Below, one piece after another: positions 45,955 to 54,735 of a stretch of DNA of 64,000 nucleotides (the first letter of the stretch is position 1; every line of letters starts with the position of its first letter). Both the position numbers and the translations under genes were made by a program. Source of the stretch: Coriobacteriia bacterium (GTDB lineage: Bacteria; Actinomycetota; Coriobacteriia; Anaerosomatales; JAAXUF01); contig JBBRSD010000008.1 of assembly GCA_038245725.1 (NCBI GenBank), positions 79,946-143,945 on the forward strand, read 5' to 3'. The notes beneath the pieces were generated by a model. The model ran no database searches and was not told the DNA's origin. It saw nothing but the letters and a program-made list of their open reading frames with translations.

Positions 45955-47376
45955 TCACGCCTCCTCGCCCGAGGCGACGACGCGCTCGGGGGATGTGTAG
46001 ACGGTCAGCTTGCCGCCGCGAGCGTAGCCCACGAGCGTGATGTGCAGTTCGTCGGCGATGTCGGCGGCCAGATCGGTCACGGCGCTGCGAGAGACCGCGA
46101 TCGGCACTCGCGACTTGGCGGCCTTCACCGTCATCTCGTAGGACAGGCGGCCGGTTGAGAGCAGGATTGCGTCGCCCGTCGGGATGGTGTCGAGCCACGC
46201 CCGGCCGAGCACCTTGTCGAGCGCGTTGTGCCGCCCAACGTCCTCGCGCACAATCTCGAGCTTACCCGCTCGGCCCAGCCCACAAGCGTGCATGCCTCCG
46301 CTGTCGCGGTACATCCCCGCGCGTCGCGCCATCTCGCCGATGAGATCGTAGAGTTCGTCGGCGCTGACGCGCAGGTCCGAGTCGACCGGCGCCAAGCCGC
46401 GCGCGTGTCCCACACTTGCGAACGTCATCCCGCGACCGCATCCGCTCGTCAGGTAGCGCTTGCGCTCCGCGAGGTCGGCCGGGACCTCCTCGGCAGATGA
46501 GACGTAGACGAGGCCGCGCTTCGCGTCCACGTCGATCGAGGAGAGCTTCTCGCGGTCCGTGAGCAGGCCCTCGGAGAGCAGGAAGCCCGCGGCCATGTCC
46601 TCGAGGTCGCTGGGCGTGGCCTGGGTGGTCGCGATCTCGCGGTCGTTGAGGTAGATGGTGACCGGCGTTTCTCGGGGCATCGCCCGCGTCGAACGACGGT
46701 TCGTGACCTCCATGACCTCGAGCTTCACGCCGCCACGGACGCGGCGCGGCTCTTCCGAGACGATCTCGCGCGCGTCGAGCAGGTCGGCGGGCGTGTTCAC
46801 GTTGATGAGCGAGCGCAAGTCGGGATCGACCGCACGCAATGCGTCGGCGGGTACCTCGACGGTCTTCACGTGCGCGAAGATAGCGACGAGACGGCGGCGC
46901 CCGGTGGCAAGGACCTCGCGCGCAACCGGCAGGCACGCCTCGACGCGGTAGAGTGCGAGCAGCGGCTCGAGGCCCTTCTCGGTGATGGGGACGACCGCGT
47001 CGGCACCTTCGCGCAGGTCCCAGAGCGCTCTGACGACCTCCGGCGTGAGATGCGGGATGTCGGCGGCGACGGCGAGTATCCACTCTGAGGTCGCCTCAGC
47101 CAGAGCAGTGGCAAGGCCGCCGAGCGGGCCCTGGTACTCGACCTCGTCGCGCACGACGCGCACGTCTGCGGGCAGCTTCAAGGCGACAAGTGCTTCGGGA
47201 CGGTTCGTCACGACGAGCGTGTGCTCGCACACCTCACCCACAGCATCGATCACCCGTGAGATGAGCGCCCTGCCGTCGACATCGAGCAGCGTCTTGTCGA
47301 CACCCATGCGCAAGGAACGGCCACCAGCCAGAACGGCGGCGGTCAGCGCGAGGCGACCTGTGGCGAGCTCAGTCAA
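45955..47376 (-). CDS. MobA (MPT guanylyltransferase) fused to FdhD (sulfurtransferase for formate dehydrogenase)
   Basis: The N-terminal ~195 aa carry LAGGRSLRMGVDKTLL and PLGGL. The C-terminal ~270 aa carry FdhD blocks: LEDMAAGFLLSEG, GGMHACGL, VGRHNALDKVLG, SGRLSYEMTVKA. Confidence 0.85.
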   Translation of the reverse strand: MTELATGRLALTAAVLAGGRSLRMGVDKTLLDVDGRALISRVIDAVGEVCEHTLVVTNRPEALVALKLPADVRVVRDEVEYQGPLGGLATALAEATSEWILAVAADIPHLTPEVVRALWDLREGADAVVPITEKGLEPLLALYRVEACLPVAREVLATGRRRLVAIFAHVKTVEVPADALRAVDPDLRSLINVNTPADLLDAREIVSEEPRRVRGGVKLEVMEVTNRRSTRAMPRETPVTIYLNDREIATTQATPSDLEDMAAGFLLSEGLLTDREKLSSIDVDAKRGLVYVSSAEEVPADLAERKRYLTSGCGRGMTFASVGHARGLAPVDSDLRVSADELYDLIGEMARRAGMYRDSGGMHACGLGRAGKLEIVREDVGRHNALDKVLGRAWLDTIPTGDAILLSTGRLSYEMTVKAAKSRVPIAVSRSAVTDLAADIADELHITLVGYARGGKLTVYTSPERVVASGEEA

Positions 47377-48505
47377 TCGAGTCCCCGTTCCCGGAGGCGT
47401 GGTTCGGCAGCTGGTCAGATACTCTCCAGCGTACCGCCGTCGCCTTGAATACCGCCAGCACGGGAATTCCCGGCGCCAATCCCAGGTCCGCCGAAGCCGC
47501 GCGCGACACCGATGCCGCCAACCTCAAACCGCTTGCATCGAGCACGATGTAGTTCGTGGCGCCGCGCGTCTCACTCGAGACCACTCGCGCGGCGATCTGA
47601 TTGCGCGCTGTTGTGGGCGGGAGCTGGGCGCCGGCCTCGAACAAGATCACGTCGTGCGGCTGGACCGCGAACACCACAGCCGAACCCGCCGGCGCATAAC
47701 CCGTGACGACCACGCGCGCCTCACCGTGGCCAATGTCGACCAAACCCTCGCCACTGTGCTCCACGATACCGGTCTGCGGTTCTTCCACGCCGAGGAACGA
47801 CGCGGTCCACTCGTCGGCGGGCAGCTCCGTCACGTCGTCGGCAGGTCCGCAGGCGACGATTCGGCCGGCGTTCATCACCGCGACGTGATCCGCGACGACG
47901 AGCGCCTCGTCCTGGTCGTGCGTGACCCACACCGCCGTCGCGCCGCTCTCGCGCAGGATGCGCGCGAAGTCGCGCGTGAGTGCGCGCTTGAGCAGCGGGT
48001 CGAGGCTGGCGAGCGGCTCGTCGAGCAGCAGCACGCGCGGTTCGAGCACGAGTGCGCGCGCGAGCGAGACGCGCTGCGCTTCGCCGCCCGAGAGCGAAAG
48101 CGCGCTGCGAGGCTCGTAGCCGGCGAGGCCTACGCGCGCGAGGGCGACCGCGACGCGCTCGGCACGCTCGGCGCCGCCGACACCGCGGACCGCCAGCCCG
48201 TATTCGACGTTGGCGGCCACGCTTCCCTTGAAGAGGTACGGACGCTGGAAGACCGCCGCGATCTGACGTCGCGCCGTCTGGTCTCGAGCGTCCACATCCC
48301 GCCCGCCCAGCAGAATGCGGCCGGCGTCCGGGCGTTCGAGCAGGCCGAGGATGTGCAGCAACGTCGTCTTGCCCGAACCGCTTGGGCCGAGCAGCGCCAG
48401 CACGGTGCCGGCGGGCACCTCGACGCGATCGACCTGGAGCGTGAAGCCGCTCCGCGCAAAAGCGCGCGTGATGTTCTCGGCGACGAGGCCCAGGGGCGCG
48501 GTCAT
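47369..48505 (-). CDS. tupC: Tungstate/molybdate ABC transporter ATPase with C-terminal TOBE/Mop-like domain
   Basis: Walker A GPSGSGKTT, signature LSGGEAQR, Walker B LLLDEP. The C-terminal ~70 aa form a TOBE-like barrel. ATGA overlap with the permease stop. Confidence 0.85.
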   Translation of the reverse strand: MTAPLGLVAENITRAFARSGFTLQVDRVEVPAGTVLALLGPSGSGKTTLLHILGLLERPDAGRILLGGRDVDARDQTARRQIAAVFQRPYLFKGSVAANVEYGLAVRGVGGAERAERVAVALARVGLAGYEPRSALSLSGGEAQRVSLARALVLEPRVLLLDEPLASLDPLLKRALTRDFARILRESGATAVWVTHDQDEALVVADHVAVMNAGRIVACGPADDVTELPADEWTASFLGVEEPQTGIVEHSGEGLVDIGHGEARVVVTGYAPAGSAVVFAVQPHDVILFEAGAQLPPTTARNQIAARVVSSETRGATNYIVLDASGLRLAASVSRAASADLGLAPGIPVLAVFKATAVRWRVSDQLPNHASGNGDSID

Positions 48506-49215
48506 CGGGCCCCCGCCTCCCAGTGATCGGCCGACGTCTGGAAACCGGTCAGCACGATGTTGACGAAGATGACGATCGCCATAAGCACGACCGCGAGTGC
48601 CAGCGCGGGACCGTAGTCGCCCTGCCGGGTGAACTGCACCATGGCCGTAGTCATGACGCGCGTGTCGCCCTCCAGGTTGCCGCCGACCATCTGCACCGCG
48701 CCGACCTCGGAGATGATCGCCCCGAAGCCGCCGGCAACTGCGGCGAGCAGCCCCATTCGCGCCTCGGAGAGGATGAGCGCGCCCACTCGCAACGCGCCCG
48801 CACCCAAAGATCTCGCCTGCAGCGTGAGATCGCGGGGGACGGCCGAGACCGCCGCCGCGGTGATCGCCATGACCACGGGAACGGCGATGATGAGCTGCGC
48901 GATCACTACGACCGGGCGGGTGTAGAGCAGGTTCATGAAGCCGAGCGGTCCTCGGCGCGAGAACGTCATCGCGACGACGAGGCCGACCACCGTGGGCGGC
49001 AGCCCCATCCCCGCGTTGAAGATGACGAGCGCCGCGCGCCGCCCCAGGAAACGCTTCGCGCCGACCAGATAGCCGACGGGCAGCCCGATCAGCAGAGCGA
49101 GAAGCGTCGCTGTCCCCGAGAGGAGAATCGACGTCCCGACGATCTGCCATACGCCAACGGAGCCGGAGATGAGCATCGCCCATCCCTCGCTCCACGCGTC
49201 GACGAATATCTGCAT
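48502..49215 (-). CDS. tupB: Tungstate/molybdate ABC transporter permease
   Basis: 237 aa, about 5-6 TM helices, located between the binding-protein and ATPase genes. Confidence 0.8.
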   Translation of the reverse strand: MQIFVDAWSEGWAMLISGSVGVWQIVGTSILLSGTATLLALLIGLPVGYLVGAKRFLGRRAALVIFNAGMGLPPTVVGLVVAMTFSRRGPLGFMNLLYTRPVVVIAQLIIAVPVVMAITAAAVSAVPRDLTLQARSLGAGALRVGALILSEARMGLLAAVAGGFGAIISEVGAVQMVGGNLEGDTRVMTTAMVQFTRQGDYGPALALAVVLMAIVIFVNIVLTGFQTSADHWEAGAR

Positions 49216-49238
49216 GCTGCCGCCCGTCGGCCGGAGGT

Positions 49239-50129
49239 CTACTTGGCGTTCGGAATGAAGAGCTGCTGCCCGTACTTGGCCACGCCGAACTCGCCGATGA
49301 CCTTCTGAGCTTCAGCGCTGACGATCCAGTCCGCGAAGGCCTGGCCGCCTGCTTGGTTCTTCGACTCCGGGATGACGATGACGCCGTACTGGTTGAGCAG
49401 CGCCTTCTGCTTCTCGAGGACGATCTCGAGGCCGGGAAGCTGGGCCGCCATCGACAGCCACGTTCCGCGGTCGATGAGCGTGTACGCGCTCTTCTCATCG
49501 GCGACCTTGGCGGTCTCGCCCATGCCCTGACCGGTCGAGACGTACCACGTGTCGGCTGCAGGCGTGGGTGTTGCGATGCCCGACTTCGCCCAAAGCGTCA
49601 GTTCCTTCGTGTTGGTGCCCGACTTGTCCCCGCGCGAGATGAAGGTCGCCTTGCCAGCCTTGCCCGCCTTCTGGATCGCAAGCATCGCGGCTGTGGTGTC
49701 GGCAGAACCCTTGACCCCGGCCGGATCGGCCTTCGGGCCGACGATGACGAAGTCGTTGAACATGACGTCTTGACGCGTCTTGGCGTAACCGTCGGCCAGG
49801 AACTTGAGCTCGGCGGCGGGTGAGTGGACCAGCAGGACGTCGGCGTCCTTGCTCTGGCCGAGCTTGAGGGCCTCACCGCTGCCCACTGCGATGACCTTCA
49901 CCTTGTACTGCGGGTAGGCCTTCTCGAAGGCCGGTATCAAGACGCCGAAGAGCCCGGAGTCCTGCGTCGAGGTGGTCGAGGCCAGAATGACCTCGGGGCT
50001 GACAGCCTTCTCGGCGGAGGTGGACGAAGTTGCCGGCTTCGAGCATCCCGCCATCGAGAAGAGCAGAACGGCGGCGAGCAACGAGCCCGCCAGGCGCCTC
50101 CCTTGAGGCGCAGCGATACGGTGGTGCAT
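49239..50129 (-). CDS. tupA: Tungstate-binding lipoprotein (TupA-type)
   Basis: Lipobox FSMAGCS. TTSTQDSGL anion-binding motif characteristic of TupA as I recall it. The ATG lies 3 nt after the riboswitch-embedded AAGGGGA. Confidence 0.8.
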   Translation of the reverse strand: MHHRIAAPQGRRLAGSLLAAVLLFSMAGCSKPATSSTSAEKAVSPEVILASTTSTQDSGLFGVLIPAFEKAYPQYKVKVIAVGSGEALKLGQSKDADVLLVHSPAAELKFLADGYAKTRQDVMFNDFVIVGPKADPAGVKGSADTTAAMLAIQKAGKAGKATFISRGDKSGTNTKELTLWAKSGIATPTPAADTWYVSTGQGMGETAKVADEKSAYTLIDRGTWLSMAAQLPGLEIVLEKQKALLNQYGVIVIPESKNQAGGQAFADWIVSAEAQKVIGEFGVAKYGQQLFIPNAK

Positions 50130-50134
50130 AACGG

Positions 50135-50240
50135 ATCCCCTTTCCAATACGGGAGGCGGGGTCGTTTCCGTTCCCCGCCCTATCGGTCCGGCCACCATGG
50201 ACGCCGCGCAGCGCCGGTAGGTAGATCGGACTCGGAGATG
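50135..50240 (-). promoter_or_regulatory. Moco/Wco riboswitch-like element, copy 2, with the tupA Shine-Dalgarno inside the closing helix
   Basis: RNA reads AUCUCCGAGUCCG...CCGGACCGAUAGGGCGGGGAACG-GAAA-CGACCCCGCCUCCCGUAUUGGAAAGGGGAUCC GUU AUG. It has the same conserved blocks as copy 1, with covarying stems. Confidence 0.65.
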
Positions 50241-50270
50241 TGTGGACCGCGATTCTTCGCGGCACGCCCT

Positions 50271-50298
50271 AGCCTACACGTTTCGGGCATGCCGACAA
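50271..50298 (-). promoter_or_regulatory. Sigma70-like promoter candidate for the tup/Moco operon
   Basis: Minus strand reads TTGTCG, 16 nt, TAGGCT, about 30 nt upstream of riboswitch copy 2. Confidence 0.4.
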
Positions 50299-50333
50299 AT
50301 CGCAGGTACGCTCACGTGGCGGGCTCTGCAGAG

Positions 50334-52364
50334 TTAGTGAACGGTGAAATACTTCCGTGCCACCGAGTAGGTCTTGGCGTGGCCGGTATCCCAGTGCCTC
50401 GCCTGCACGCGCCACTTTCCCGCGCCGAGCTTCACGGAGACCGAGCAGCGGCTGCCGCTGTAGTAGTTCGCGGCCTTGCCGGAGATCGTCTTCCGAACCA
50501 CGTAGCGGTGCGTGCCGTTCGACAGACGCTCGTAGCGCTCAAAGTAGAACGTCGCGGCGTATGTGCCAGCAACATGCCGAGGATAGAGGGTGGCTCGGGT
50601 GGTGAAGTACTTCGTGCGCGTCATGTAAGTCGGAACGGATGGAGTGCCGACGTAGGCATGCGGGATGAGCTTGAAGACCGCGCTGCTCCCCGAGCCGACC
50701 GTCGTGTTGCCGTTGAAGACGACCCAATACGATGTGGCCGACGACGGCTTCACTGTGAAGCTGAACGCACTGCCTGCTGTAATGGGCACCGCCGTCAGTG
50801 CGGTACTGCCGGACCGTCTTACGTAGACGGTTCCGCTGGCAAGACCCAACCCGCTGGCCTTTATCGTGCCTGTGATCGTGGTGTTCGTGTTGTACGCCGT
50901 GATGATCGTACCGGTCCTCGAGAGCGTGAAGGCGGGCACAAGCTTCGAACTCACATGAGTCTCGGATATCTGACCCATGCCGTCGGTCGCGCGCACCGTC
51001 ACCGTGAGCGAGCCATTTACCGATGCGATCGAGTCGATCGTGGTCGTGGCCTCCCACGTGTCCCACCCGGTGCTGGTCTTGGCGGGCAGCCACGAGACCG
51101 TGCTCCCCCAGCTCGCGCCATTCCAGTACGTGCCGTCCGCGCGTCGGACGCGGATCTCGACGTTGGCGACCCCGATGCCCGCGCCATCGGTGGCCGTGCC
51201 CTCGACCGAGAGAGCCGCCGAGTCGAGAATCGTGCTCTGAGTGGGCGACGTGATGCGAACGCTCGGCGGGGTGAGCTGGTGCTGCCCAATCCAATGTTGG
51301 CCACCGTCGACGGTGCGCAGGATGGTTTCGTTGTGCCCGATGACGACCCAAGTGGTACTGGTAAGCATCTGGACGCCGGTGAGGTTGTTAGTGGCACCTG
51401 TGGTCGTGGTCGTTTGCCAGCTTGCGCCGCCGTTCGTCGTCCACGCCATCTTGCCGGCATCGCCGACCTCGACCACGTGGTTCGCGTCGAAGGCGTCGAT
51501 CGCGTTGACGACGATGGGGGTCGTCTGACCGAACGTCCTCCACGTCGCGCCATCAGTGGTGCACAGGCCAGCCTTCGACCTTGTGCCGATGAACGCGGTC
51601 CGGCTGTCGACGACCGAGACGCAGCTGATATCGGCGGTCGGCGTGCCTGCGATCTGCGTCGTCCACGACGAGCCGCTGTTCGCGGTGCGGTAGATGAGCC
51701 ACGTCTGCGGCGTGGGGTCATTTGAGGACTGGCGGTCGTTGCCGACTGCCCAGGCGACGTCGCCGCCGGAAGCCGCATCGACAGCGACGATATTAGCGAA
51801 TGTCGCCGGTGCCGGGTCAGGATCAACGGCTGGATGAATTGGACCCTGGAACTGGAACGCCCAAGCGCCGGCGCCAACAGCGGACCCGATGAACGCGTAG
51901 CGAGAGTTTGCAAAGCGATCGCCGACAATAACGCGCCGGCCTGCCGAGAGGTACGCCATCCCGAAGAAGCGAGGATCCGTGGCATTGAAGATCGGGCTCT
52001 CCACGGACCAGATAGCGCCGCCATTCGAGGTCGAGTAGATGCCGTCGGAGTTGTCGCGCCATGCCGTAGCGATGTTCGGATTGGTCGAGGCGCGGACTCC
52101 GGTCATGGTGAAGTTGGGCACGATCGAGGCATGCCAGCTCACTCCACCATTGGTCGTTCGCGAAATCACGCCTGTCAGGTTGCCAGGAGTCGCCGGAAGC
52201 GCGTAGCCGCCAGCGATGAACCCCGTCGTGGGGTTGGCGAAGCTGAGGCCGTTGAGCTGATAGTAGACGGGGGGCAAGGCCGCCGCCGCCATCGACGGAG
52301 CAAACCCGAGGGTCGCGAAGAGCGCGAGCGCAACCAGCCCCAGTACGGACTTCACCCTTACCAT
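50334..52364 (-). CDS. Secreted BNR/Ycf48-like beta-propeller protein with Ig-like modules and a shared C-terminal domain
   Basis: Signal peptide LVALALFATLGFAPSMAAA. Divergent blades (SRTTNGGVSW, YSTSNGGAIW, YRTANSGSSW, CTTDGATW, WTTNGGASW, LRTVDGGQHW). The C-terminal ~90 aa align with the end of the 1957..4449 product (L.PRH.AGTYAA...). Confidence 0.8.
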   Translation of the reverse strand: MVRVKSVLGLVALALFATLGFAPSMAAAALPPVYYQLNGLSFANPTTGFIAGGYALPATPGNLTGVISRTTNGGVSWHASIVPNFTMTGVRASTNPNIATAWRDNSDGIYSTSNGGAIWSVESPIFNATDPRFFGMAYLSAGRRVIVGDRFANSRYAFIGSAVGAGAWAFQFQGPIHPAVDPDPAPATFANIVAVDAASGGDVAWAVGNDRQSSNDPTPQTWLIYRTANSGSSWTTQIAGTPTADISCVSVVDSRTAFIGTRSKAGLCTTDGATWRTFGQTTPIVVNAIDAFDANHVVEVGDAGKMAWTTNGGASWQTTTTTGATNNLTGVQMLTSTTWVVIGHNETILRTVDGGQHWIGQHQLTPPSVRITSPTQSTILDSAALSVEGTATDGAGIGVANVEIRVRRADGTYWNGASWGSTVSWLPAKTSTGWDTWEATTTIDSIASVNGSLTVTVRATDGMGQISETHVSSKLVPAFTLSRTGTIITAYNTNTTITGTIKASGLGLASGTVYVRRSGSTALTAVPITAGSAFSFTVKPSSATSYWVVFNGNTTVGSGSSAVFKLIPHAYVGTPSVPTYMTRTKYFTTRATLYPRHVAGTYAATFYFERYERLSNGTHRYVVRKTISGKAANYYSGSRCSVSVKLGAGKWRVQARHWDTGHAKTYSVARKYFTVH

Positions 52365-52545
52365 GCCGTCAGCTCCCTCTGAGCGCCCGGGATCTCAACC
52401 GCCGGTGTGGGCGCATTCCCCAGTTGTCCTGCAAGAGTAACGCCAGCAAGCGAGCGCGAGCAACAAGCGGCGCTCCGACTCGGGGTGAATATGGACTGCG
52501 CGACCCACCCTTGTCCGCGACGGGCGCGCGGGTGATGCTGTAGGT

Positions 52546-53673
52546 ATGCCCGCTGCCCCCGACATTCTCGCGACTCGCATGCGCCGCCTGCTCATCGCCC
52601 GCGACGCGCGCCTCGCCACGCCCGAGCAGGTGGTCGCACGCATGTGCGCGATGCAGGCGCAGGACTACCTCGGCTCGTTGTGGGCGGTGGGGCTGCGCTG
52701 CCCGGCCGGCGCCCGCGACGCCGACATCGAGCGCGCAATCGCCGAGCGTCGCATCGTGCGCACGTGGCCGATGCGGGGCACGCTGCACTTCGTAGCCGCC
52801 GAGGACGTGCGCTGGCTGCTGCGGCTCCTGAGCGCCCGCCCAATCGGGCGCGCCCGCAAGCGCCACCGCGATCTCGGCCTCACCGACGCAGTCTTCGAGC
52901 GCGGCCGCGAGCTGTTCTCAGCGGCGCTGACCGGAGGGCGGCAACTCACGCGGCCTGAGGCGATGGCGATGCTCGAAGCCGACGGCATCCCAACCGCCGA
53001 GCAGCGCGGCTACCACGTCCTGTGGCGCCTCGCGCTCGACGGGCTGCTGTGCTGCGGACCGATGCGCGGCAAGCAGCAGACGTTCGTGCTGCTCGACGAG
53101 TGGGTGCCGCCCGGTCCCGCCGAGCAGGACTCGCCACCTCGGGATGAGGCGCTGGCCCGGCTCGCCGGCCGCTATCTCGCCGCGCACGGCCCGGCCACCG
53201 TCGCCGACCTCGCATGGTGGGCCGGCATCACGAAGGCAGACGCGCGCATCGGGCTTGCAGGCACAGCCGACGCGGTCGGGCGGTTCGAGGCCGACGGCGC
53301 AGAGTACTGGCTGCCGGCCGGCACCGCGGAAGCCGCCGCATCGGCCAGCCCGCTGTCCGAACCCGATGTGCACCTGCTGCCCGGCTTCGACGAGTACCTC
53401 CTCGGCTACACCGACCGCCGGCCACAACTCGCGGGGCACTACGCGACGTTCGCCTCGATGGTCACGGCGAACGGGATGCTCTCCTCGACTGTCGTGGTCG
53501 ACGGGCGCGTTGCTGGCACGTGGAAGCGCACGCTCAAGCGCGACCGCGTCGAGATCACGGTGCGGGCGTTTCGCGAGCTGACGGCCGACGAGCGCGACGG
53601 CCTCGCGCAAGCCGCCGAGGAGTACGGCAGCTTCGTCGGGCGCACGTCACACGTGGAGCTGACGCGAGCGTAG
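52546..53673 (+). CDS. Winged-helix YcaQ/AlkZ-family protein (interstrand-crosslink DNA glycosylase-like)
   Basis: MQAQDYLGSLWAVGLR, TWPMRGTLHFV and HLLPGFDEYLLGY blocks are typical of the DUF1006/YcaQ family. Confidence 0.72.
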   Translation: MPAAPDILATRMRRLLIARDARLATPEQVVARMCAMQAQDYLGSLWAVGLRCPAGARDADIERAIAERRIVRTWPMRGTLHFVAAEDVRWLLRLLSARPIGRARKRHRDLGLTDAVFERGRELFSAALTGGRQLTRPEAMAMLEADGIPTAEQRGYHVLWRLALDGLLCCGPMRGKQQTFVLLDEWVPPGPAEQDSPPRDEALARLAGRYLAAHGPATVADLAWWAGITKADARIGLAGTADAVGRFEADGAEYWLPAGTAEAAASASPLSEPDVHLLPGFDEYLLGYTDRRPQLAGHYATFASMVTANGMLSSTVVVDGRVAGTWKRTLKRDRVEITVRAFRELTADERDGLAQAAEEYGSFVGRTSHVELTRA

Positions 53674-53680
53674 GCAGAGG

Positions 53681-53887
53681 CTACCCGCGCGCGTGCTCTC
53701 GCGGCCGAGGAATCGCGCGACCGCTCTCACGTGCGGACGCAAGCCATGCGTCGCGCGCGCGCTCGACTTCGGCAAGCGCTTCAGCGGGGGTGCGGCCAAA
53801 CGCCGAGCAGTACTCGAGGTCCGGGATCTCGGCGATGTAGCCTTCGTCCTCGGGACTGTAGAAGATGGTGATCTCGTAAGTACTCAT
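53681..53887 (-). CDS. hicB: HicB-like antitoxin (short form)
   Basis: YEITIFYSPEDEGYIAEIPDLEYCSAFGRTPAEALAEVERA. Overlaps the hicA stop by 4 nt. Confidence 0.75.
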   Translation of the reverse strand: MSTYEITIFYSPEDEGYIAEIPDLEYCSAFGRTPAEALAEVERARDAWLASARESGRAIPRPREHARG

Positions 53888-54138
53888 CGGCGATCCTCCA
53901 GAGTCAGACTATACCGCTCGGCGAGCTCCATGAGTTGGCGGATCTGATAAGGCTTCGCACGACCGCGAACATCCTGGAGGTTCAGCAACTCTGGGAAGGA
54001 ACGATGGCGCAAGATTCGGTGGCTGCCCGAGACGCGCGCGAGCTGGAAGCCGAGCGAGAGCGCGAGTCGGAGGACATCGTCGAATCTCAGGTTGCGCGAA
54101 CCAGCTTGAATCGCCTCGAGAGTCTTGCGTGGCTTCAT
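53884..54138 (-). CDS. hicA: HicA-like mRNA interferase toxin
   Basis: 84 aa. LGFQLARVSGSHRILRH core (GSH motif). Paired with hicB. Confidence 0.7.
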   Translation of the reverse strand: MKPRKTLEAIQAGSRNLRFDDVLRLALSLGFQLARVSGSHRILRHRSFPELLNLQDVRGRAKPYQIRQLMELAERYSLTLEDRR

Positions 54139-54292
54139 TCCGCCCCTCTGGTCATCCCGTGCAGGTCACCCAGAGGTTGTCACGCACAGCTTCCCCGAAC
54201 CTTTCCAGGACCCTGCAGTCGCGCGTCCCGATTCGCCGCCCCTGCTCAGCGGTATGTACACTTCACACGTTCCCGCCGAGGAGGGTCTGCTC

Positions 54293-54697
54293 ATGGCCAA
54301 AGTTCAGTGGCGCCACGAAGTCATGTTCAAGGCACCAACCCGCATCGGTCTGCTCGCCGACGTCACCGAAGCGCTCAACGCCGTGGGGGTCAACATCCAG
54401 GCCATCGGCGCGTACGACAAGGGCGATATGGGCGAGTTCCTCCTGATCACCGACGACAACCAGCGAGCGCTCGATGCGCTCGCCACCCTTGATGGCGAGG
54501 CGGGCATGCAGTCGGTGGTCGTCGCGGAAGTCCCGAACAAGCCGGGCGAACTCGCCGCGATCTCGCGGGTCCTCGCGGAGCACGACATCAACGTCGGCCA
54601 GATCTACTCAAGCTCCGCCGGCGGCGCCGAGAAGGTCCTGATCGTGATCCGCGCCGAGTCCGAGGCCGACATCCTGCAGCTACTCGAGCACCTGTAA
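54293..54697 (+). CDS. Tandem ACT-domain protein
   Basis: Two units: APTRIGLLADVTEALNAVGVNI and VPNKPGELAAISRVLAEHDINV. ATG after GAGGAGGG. Confidence 0.75.
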   Translation: MAKVQWRHEVMFKAPTRIGLLADVTEALNAVGVNIQAIGAYDKGDMGEFLLITDDNQRALDALATLDGEAGMQSVVVAEVPNKPGELAAISRVLAEHDINVGQIYSSSAGGAEKVLIVIRAESEADILQLLEHL

Positions 54698-54735
54698 GGT
54701 CGAGCCGGCCGGCCAATGCGGGGCGTGAGCCTCGC

